From positions 124,001 through 188,000 of the forward strand of contig JAPMXV010000026.1 in NCBI GenBank assembly GCA_026936335.1: a stretch of DNA of 64,000 nucleotides, given 5' to 3'. Source of the DNA: Mantamonas sphyraenae STR306. Its lineage: Eukaryota; Protista; CRuMs. A program made the translations under genes and the position numbers. Below the pieces are notes generated by a model. That model was not told where the DNA came from and searched no databases. It saw only the letters and a list, made by a program, of their open reading frames with translations. This document shows, one piece after another, positions 59,301-64,000 of this stretch; position 1 is the stretch's first letter, and every line of letters begins with the position of its first letter.

Positions 59301-61205
59301 CTGCGCAACCCTGCGCCAGTGTTCCATCGCCATGCTCGTGCTGCTCTGCTGCGTTTGCACGCTTGCGTGTCGCGACGCCCATTCGCGCGCACTGCACACC
59401 AGCTGGCCGTACCGGTTGCACAGGTTGAACACTCCGTCGCGGATGTGACTCACATACAGCTTGCGCGTGTGTGCAGACGCACCCACGCCCTCTGGCACCG
59501 GCGGCACAAACCGCGACAGCATCGGGGCAGGGTTCATGAGCATATCCTGCGTCGCCTGCGCCCCATCCAGATGCAATTCGATCTGCGACAACATGTCCAA
59601 CGACAGCGACGACGCAGATGCGCCCAGGTGTTCGTTGTGGCCGCCAATCGTAAACGCAATCATTGCGTCCAGCAGATCCGACAGCCAATCGCCAATCTGC
59701 ATCAATCCCTGTTCCGTAGCGGCTTCCTCCCGACGTGCCAGAGCCAACGCCTGCTGGCACTCTGCCAGTTGCGTGGCATACATGCGTGCTGCCTCCTCGC
59801 GTGTTGCCGCCACCTCTTGCCTGTGCGCCTGGTGCATGTCGTGCACACTTTGGTACAACGTCCGTTCCATGTCGCTGCACCTCTCACGCAGCGTGTGCAC
59901 CTCCTCCCTTGCCCGCTGTGCCAACACCTGCAACTGTCCGTTTTCCGCCCCCATGCGCTCCCTCTCCTCCTCCCACGCCTCACGCACCCGTTTCAATTCC
60001 CGCTGGCTGTGTGCCCACCGCGTGCGCAGTCCATCCATCACCTGTTGCAACCGTCCCAGCCGCTCTTCCACCGGTGCCCCATCCACGAGGTTGCTCGCAA
60101 CCACTTCCAGCTCCTCCAACTGCCGTGCATACCCACGATGCCCTTCCATCAGTCTTCCAAACGCATCCTGGCTGATTCCACTCACGCTGTGCACCTCCTG
60201 TTGCAATGCCAATCCGTCGTGCACACACGCACGTGCCGCCGCCTCGCTTGCACTTGTGCACTCTCTCTCCAGCCTTGCCAACCTCTCTGCCATCCCTTGC
60301 ACAGCCCCTTCCGACGCCGCCTCCACACGTCTCACTCTGGCCCCACTTTCGTCCTGGGCCTGTGTGGCCTGCATCTCCTGCAGCCGCTGCACTTGCCGCA
60401 CCCTCGCCTCCACCTCCTTCTTCATCATCCTCACCTGCACCTCTCCATGCAACACCCTACGTTCCATCCCCTCCCTCCTCACCCTCTCCTCTGCACACTC
60501 ACGCATGCTTGCCTCCCACGCCTCCTGAACCATCCTCGCCTGCGCTTCCGCACGACCAGCCCGTTGCTGCGCCTCCCTCACTGCCTCCCGCTGCTTCTGT
60601 GCCTCCTGTTCCATGGTTGCCACCTGTGCACGCGTCCATTCCAACTGAAGTTCCAACTCGGCTCTTGTCTCCCGTTCCCGTTGCACCTCTGCGTCGCATG
60701 CGTCGTTCGTAGCCTCCAATTCCCTAAACGCGCGCGAAAGCGTCTCGATCTCCCCGTTCAGCGCCTCCTTCTCCCGTCCCAACACCATCACACTCGCCTC
60801 CTTCTCCTTCACTCGTTCCTTCAGTTCCTCAATCTCCTGCATCATCGCATAGTTTGTTCGCAGTGCCAGGTGAGGCCTCCCTTCTCCCAACGCCCCTGCC
60901 GCCGCTCGGCTCAATGCCGGCGACGACGATGAACCACCACTCTCACCTTCGTTCTCCAACACCCCCCTCCTACGACGACGATGCCACTGTGTCACGTCCC
61001 CTCCATCCCCATTGCTGCTTCCACTGCTTCCACTGCTGCTGCTTCGCCCTCGGTGAAGGCTGCTACTTCCTGCTCCCTTGTCAGCAGCAGCCTCCGCCCC
61101 ACCACTCGGCCCAGGCACCAGATTCGCCCCTCCGGGCTGTTGCAGCGGCCGTATCAGTCGCATCAACGACGCCTGCTGCGACGCATATTCGCCTGTGTCC
61201 GTCAT
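56313..61205 (-). CDS. Large coiled-coil protein (~1630 aa), function unknown
   Basis: Uninterrupted E/R/Q/A/L-rich ORF with heptad character; probable ATG at 61205 (MTDTGEY). No globular domain recognised. Confidence 0.8.
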   Translation of the reverse strand: MTDTGEYASQQASLMRLIRPLQQPGGANLVPGPSGGAEAAADKGAGSSSLHRGRSSSSGSSGSSNGDGGDVTQWHRRRRRGVLENEGESGGSSSSPALSRAAAGALGEGRPHLALRTNYAMMQEIEELKERVKEKEASVMVLGREKEALNGEIETLSRAFRELEATNDACDAEVQRERETRAELELQLEWTRAQVATMEQEAQKQREAVREAQQRAGRAEAQARMVQEAWEASMRECAEERVRREGMERRVLHGEVQVRMMKKEVEARVRQVQRLQEMQATQAQDESGARVRRVEAASEGAVQGMAERLARLERECTSASEAAARACVHDGLALQQEVHSVSGISQDAFGRLMEGHRGYARQLEELEVVASNLVDGAPVEERLGRLQQVMDGLRTRWAHSQRELKRVREAWEEERERMGAENGQLQVLAQRAREEVHTLRERCSDMERTLYQSVHDMHQAHRQEVAATREEAARMYATQLAECQQALALARREEAATEQGLMQIGDWLSDLLDAMIAFTIGGHNEHLGASASSLSLDMLSQIELHLDGAQATQDMLMNPAPMLSRFVPPVPEGVGASAHTRKLYVSHIRDGVFNLCNRYGQLVCSAREWASRHASVQTQQSSTSMAMEHWRRVAQRQEPLLMQQETFAGLVQQMAQLVDDGMGGAAAMDLYGNAEAEERLYQANTHLRKAVQACSAAFALEDRSSYRESMEQLRTRVQELSVANELLQSKAEETETALRTALTQVEESRARVNTLEADEDRIKARNQSLQETVAHLQGVLEEMRGNEDGGKGGSEGRGGGGGVERWWKEAKEAREQWTQAQRMMGLMEEQVRHMEAEVDTLRVENQQLEGLLMERSAWPRGRERLEAAEAESRRLREALEEMEARALEEHCEHEMYKERVSVVQERLVEEVRARPVGVDMEWAQEVEEYLRLSMGELMAQARAMSEASKQRLDAVSAQCACRQQVTVALQEQMQAQLSKSLEMEERRMRKGEALEKPAQEQGGEVMRLKREHSVVVAGQARRIGELEEEAEHLRTLLGKVLGSDNAEAEAARGLAARVERLRLVVAARDAEEAERASREGLGLAEAEWTRTHEVKALEEEVGRLRRQERESRENLQRLELMDLFGQLEEGQWESQEDGKEGGLDDALMVGFLVRLGTRMGSVRDLLAGGDAVASGTRVPMDVSGMHLQLVASPRTQGVVGEVVRVWNEMEEAVVEAHRAMQSEVHKVQQTCMMLMRQMQEVQSKNASYEERWARTQDGEDGEALGRLVEELNEMQRVARAQGKENQRLQLELYKERSQRSRLEVEVKESEKRVREEQDRAAKQRGELHAQIARLGRHLHAQQAACRRLHAQVDALESSQMGMVAREQEWAERCARVEGVLRRQSRAMGAMHAQHKRVVAQWQAQSVALADGQQDMAWIGRLAGVVGHVEQMMASASVVEGTEALLLVEEAQSHGDKWGLTGAVHALCETAWRRVGGERERAAKAEGETVRCRRALDGMARARQEDGKSGPVEDGVLLEQLRKENKQMRLHVQVLDEQLRASHEMHAVHVERMSRERVRDGDAVEHELELARTQLDDRRATLEAMEDRMVDMQLYTAQLEESLRRLTREKFGVEMVREERLSALWDLVRRL

Positions 61206-61290
61206 GCGATGCGATGTGGGTCTCTGTTTTGCTTCCCCCTGCGCCTCCACCCACAGCAAAACAAGCCCCTTTTTGACTTCTGCAAACCCA

Positions 61291-62898
61291 ATGTATTGGC
61301 TCTGGTTCACTGCCCTCGTCGTTGCCCTCGTGGCTTTTCAGTACCAATCGTGGCAGAGCAGCTCATCGGCCGCCGAGAAGAAGACTCCCATGTTCATTGC
61401 CTTCCAGCGCCAGTATCTCCTCATCTACTACCTTGTCATGGTATGCACCGGTGGTTTGTCCTTTGCCCCCACATGTCCTTTCCATCCACACCCGTCCCGT
61501 GTGCCCTCCAACAACTTTCCCTGCACGTCAGGAGCCGTCTGACATGTCCGCGGCTCACCCCGATCCCTTGTTGGCCCCACCCACACAGTTCTCCGACTGG
61601 CTGCAGGGTAGCTATGTGTATGCCCTCTACAAGTCGTACAACATGAGCCTCCAGGCCATCTCCCAGCTCTTTATCGCCGGTTTCCTGTCCTCTGGGATCA
61701 TGGGCAGCATTGTGGGCGGCCTCGCGGACAAATTGTAAGCAACGCCCCAAAAAACCAACACGAGGCCTCTCTCGCACGCACGCTGCATGCCACATTGTAA
61801 ACAGTGCATGGCTGGAAATAACCATGCCTGTAAGCGTGTTGGGTACCATCCGCAAGGCGTGGACACTGACACGAGAGCTGCACCAGTGGCCGCAAGAAGC
61901 TGGCCGTGGCCTTTGGAGTGATCTATGGCAGCGCGTGCCTGACCAAGCTGTACAACAGCTTTGCGGTGCTGATGTTTGGCCGTGTGCTGTCTGGCGTGGC
62001 CACTTCGCTGTTGTTTTCCGTGTTTGAGTCATGGATGGTGTACGAACACAAGAACCGCGGGTTTGCGGGCGAGCTGATCTCCGACACGTTCTCCAAGGCC
62101 ATTTGGGGCAACGGCATCGCTGCCATTGTGTCTGGTCTGGTGGCTTCGTTTGCCGTGGATTCGTTTGGTGTGGTGGCACCCTTTATGCTCTCGTTTGCCA
62201 CACTGTGTGTGAGCACTCTGCTGGTGAGCAGCACCTGGACAGAGAACTACGGCGACAGCAGCATTGACGTGGCCACCACCTTTTCCAACGCCTGGAAGAG
62301 TGTCCGTGCCAACCCACAGGTGATGCTGCTGGGCTGGATCCAGTCCCTCTTTGAGGCTTCCATGTACATCTTTGTGTTTATGTGGAGCCCTGCGCTGGAC
62401 GACGGCAGCGGCACCGTACCCTACGGCCTCATCTTTGCCTGTTTCATGGTCGCCATCATGATTGGCTCCTCCATCTTCTCCCATCTCGTGGCCACCTACG
62501 CCGTGGCAGACGTGGTCGAGTACAACCTGGGCGTGGCCAGTGTTGCCCTCGTCGGCTGTGCCATCAGCAGCAGCCCCGTCCTCCTCATGTTCTTCTTTGT
62601 CCTCTTTGAGCTCTGTTGCGGCGTGTACTTCCCCTCCATCGGCACCCTGCGCTCACGCATCATCCCGGAAGAGACTCGCAGCGCCGTCATGAACTTCTTC
62701 CGCATCCCACTCAACTTTCTCGTCGTCGCCGCCCTCCTCAAGGTCGGCGACCTGCCCGTGGAGATTGTCTTTGGCTTCTGCAGCGTCTGCATGCTCGTCG
62801 CCACCTATCTTATGACCCAAATCAAGCGCCAGGACTCGGACGACCTCGAACGCCTCAACGAAGACAACATCCCTCTCGTGGACACCCGCGAGGATTAG
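61291..62898 (+). CDS. MFSD5: Molybdate-anion transporter (MFSD5/MOT2); exons 61291-61440, 61589-61734, 61887-62898
   Basis: FQRQYLLIYYLVM/FSDWLQGSYVYALY, ADKFGRKK, GRVLSGVATSLLFSVFESWMVYEH, WTENYG, QSLFEASMYIFVFMW, RSAVMNFFRIPLN. Confidence 0.95.
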
Positions 62899-62925
62899 TA
62901 TGTGTATCTTCTCTCACTCTCTCCG

Positions 62926-62964
62926 AGTGAGTGAGTGAGTGAGTGAGTGTGTGTGTGTGTGTGT
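62926..62964. repeat. (GTGA)n + (GT)n compound microsatellite
   Basis: Directly visible between convergent genes. Confidence 0.9.
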
Positions 62965-63025
62965 GGATGCATCATCAACAGTTCTTCATTCTCCCAACTC
63001 CATTCTTCCTTGTGCACGCATTCCC

Positions 63026-63925
63026 TCAGTCAACCAGCTCGACAGAAACAATGCCCTGAGGCTTGAAAGGATACGGGTGGGTGCCAAACGGGTTCTTGTG
63101 AACCTGGACGCCCAAGGAGACAAGGAGGTGCCACACCGTTTCAATGTCGGAAGGATGACCGTGGACACAGCCATGGGAGTTGGGCATGGGCATGCTGGGG
63201 TTCCAGTTGTCCCATTCACCCGTGTGCATGAGGATGCCGCTTCGGATGACATCCTCGGGTTGGTTGCCCAGCATGACGGCGGCGTTGCCCTCGAGGCCGT
63301 AGGCGAAGCGATTGACCGGGTACGGGCCGTACGACTTGGGATCGGGCTCCGGAGAGTTGAGGTCAAAGGCAGCCAATCCTGTGGGAGTGGCTCCGTTGGG
63401 ACAGTACTGGTTCAGTTGCTGGCCCTGTGCATCGTTCTGGCCGTGGGTGCGCACGGTAAAGGTGTGCAGCAACTTGCCCGAGCCGTCGTACAACGACGCC
63501 GTCGTTTCGATGCTTCGGTTTCGGTGCACGGGGATGTGCACCTTGTACATGGCCCAGTCAGGAATGGTGCCGTTGTCCTTGTATCCGTCCTGCATGTGCA
63601 GGTCAATCAGCGCGTACGCCGTGCTCGGTCCAACGACTCCTGCCGCGTCCGCGTTGATGTTGTGTTCCATCTGGAAGCGACCCACGGCCTCCTTGGTCTC
63701 CTCGTCAAACACTCCTGTGGCGTTGATTCCCTCGCCCGTGCGGCTGCGGCCCAGGAACGTCTGAAGAATCTTCACATCCTTGCCCGACAGCGGCGGCTTT
63801 TGCAGACTCAACGTGCGCGTGAACGGACACGGCATCGAGTCATCCTCCACATCCATTGGCTCTGCAATCACCAGCATGCATACACACAGCGCCACAAGGG
63901 CCACCGTTGCTCGTTGTCTTGTCAT
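63026..63925 (-). CDS. Secreted protein with a peptidoglycan-binding domain and a YkuD-type L,D-transpeptidase domain, intronless, 299 aa
   Basis: Signal peptide MTRQRATVALVALCVCMLVIA; SGKDVKILQ...TGVFDEETKEAVGRFQ...GVVGPST (PG_binding_1); TPTG motif and catalytic GILMHTG...NSHGCVH. Confidence 0.85.
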   Translation of the reverse strand: MTRQRATVALVALCVCMLVIAEPMDVEDDSMPCPFTRTLSLQKPPLSGKDVKILQTFLGRSRTGEGINATGVFDEETKEAVGRFQMEHNINADAAGVVGPSTAYALIDLHMQDGYKDNGTIPDWAMYKVHIPVHRNRSIETTASLYDGSGKLLHTFTVRTHGQNDAQGQQLNQYCPNGATPTGLAAFDLNSPEPDPKSYGPYPVNRFAYGLEGNAAVMLGNQPEDVIRSGILMHTGEWDNWNPSMPMPNSHGCVHGHPSDIETVWHLLVSLGVQVHKNPFGTHPYPFKPQGIVSVELVD

Positions 63926-64000
63926 GGGGAGCTGCCAAACGAGAAACACACTTGTACTAGAAAACATTGGCGTGAACGGCGCCCTGCACCATTCACATGC

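Noticed and set aside
56585-60932. 778-aa and 940-aa plus-strand ORFs
   Set aside because: Antisense mirror of the GAG/CAG-rich coiled-coil gene.
1-64000. tRNA, rRNA or snRNA genes
   Set aside because: None recognised by eye; intergenic space is minimal. A covariance-model scan would be needed to exclude them.

Overview
Gene-dense, GC-rich eukaryotic DNA with short GT-AG introns. It is probably from a flagellated protist (BBOF1 present); bacterivory is inferred only from a secreted peptidoglycan-binding L,D-transpeptidase. About 17 genes, left to right: BBOF1 3' part, SDR oxidoreductase, HAD-like protein, NHL protein, UBR-box/UBA protein, TAF9, HDAC3, one giant minus-strand gene (10167-44071), a frameshifted MRH lectin, a PFU/SHP/UBX p97 cofactor, a GIGYF-like protein, an F-box protein, an OST-HTH-like protein, an EBP sterol isomerase, a long coiled-coil protein, MFSD5 and the L,D-transpeptidase. 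The giant gene encodes about 11,160 aa, nearly all from one ~33-kb exon. It has a signal peptide, three Gly-rich (myxobacterial AgmC-like) modules each followed by an IPT domain split by a C-type lectin, eight tandem beta-propeller+CxxC-Ig units, 11 filamin-type and 18 invasin-like Ig repeats, Cys-rich repeats, a TRP-like multi-pass membrane domain and a cytoplasmic RGS-like domain. This is the best candidate for an undescribed system: a giant adhesion or prey-sensing receptor coupled to G-protein regulation. Five divergent gene pairs have only 49-86 bp between start codons. All domain calls are by eye; no database searches were run.
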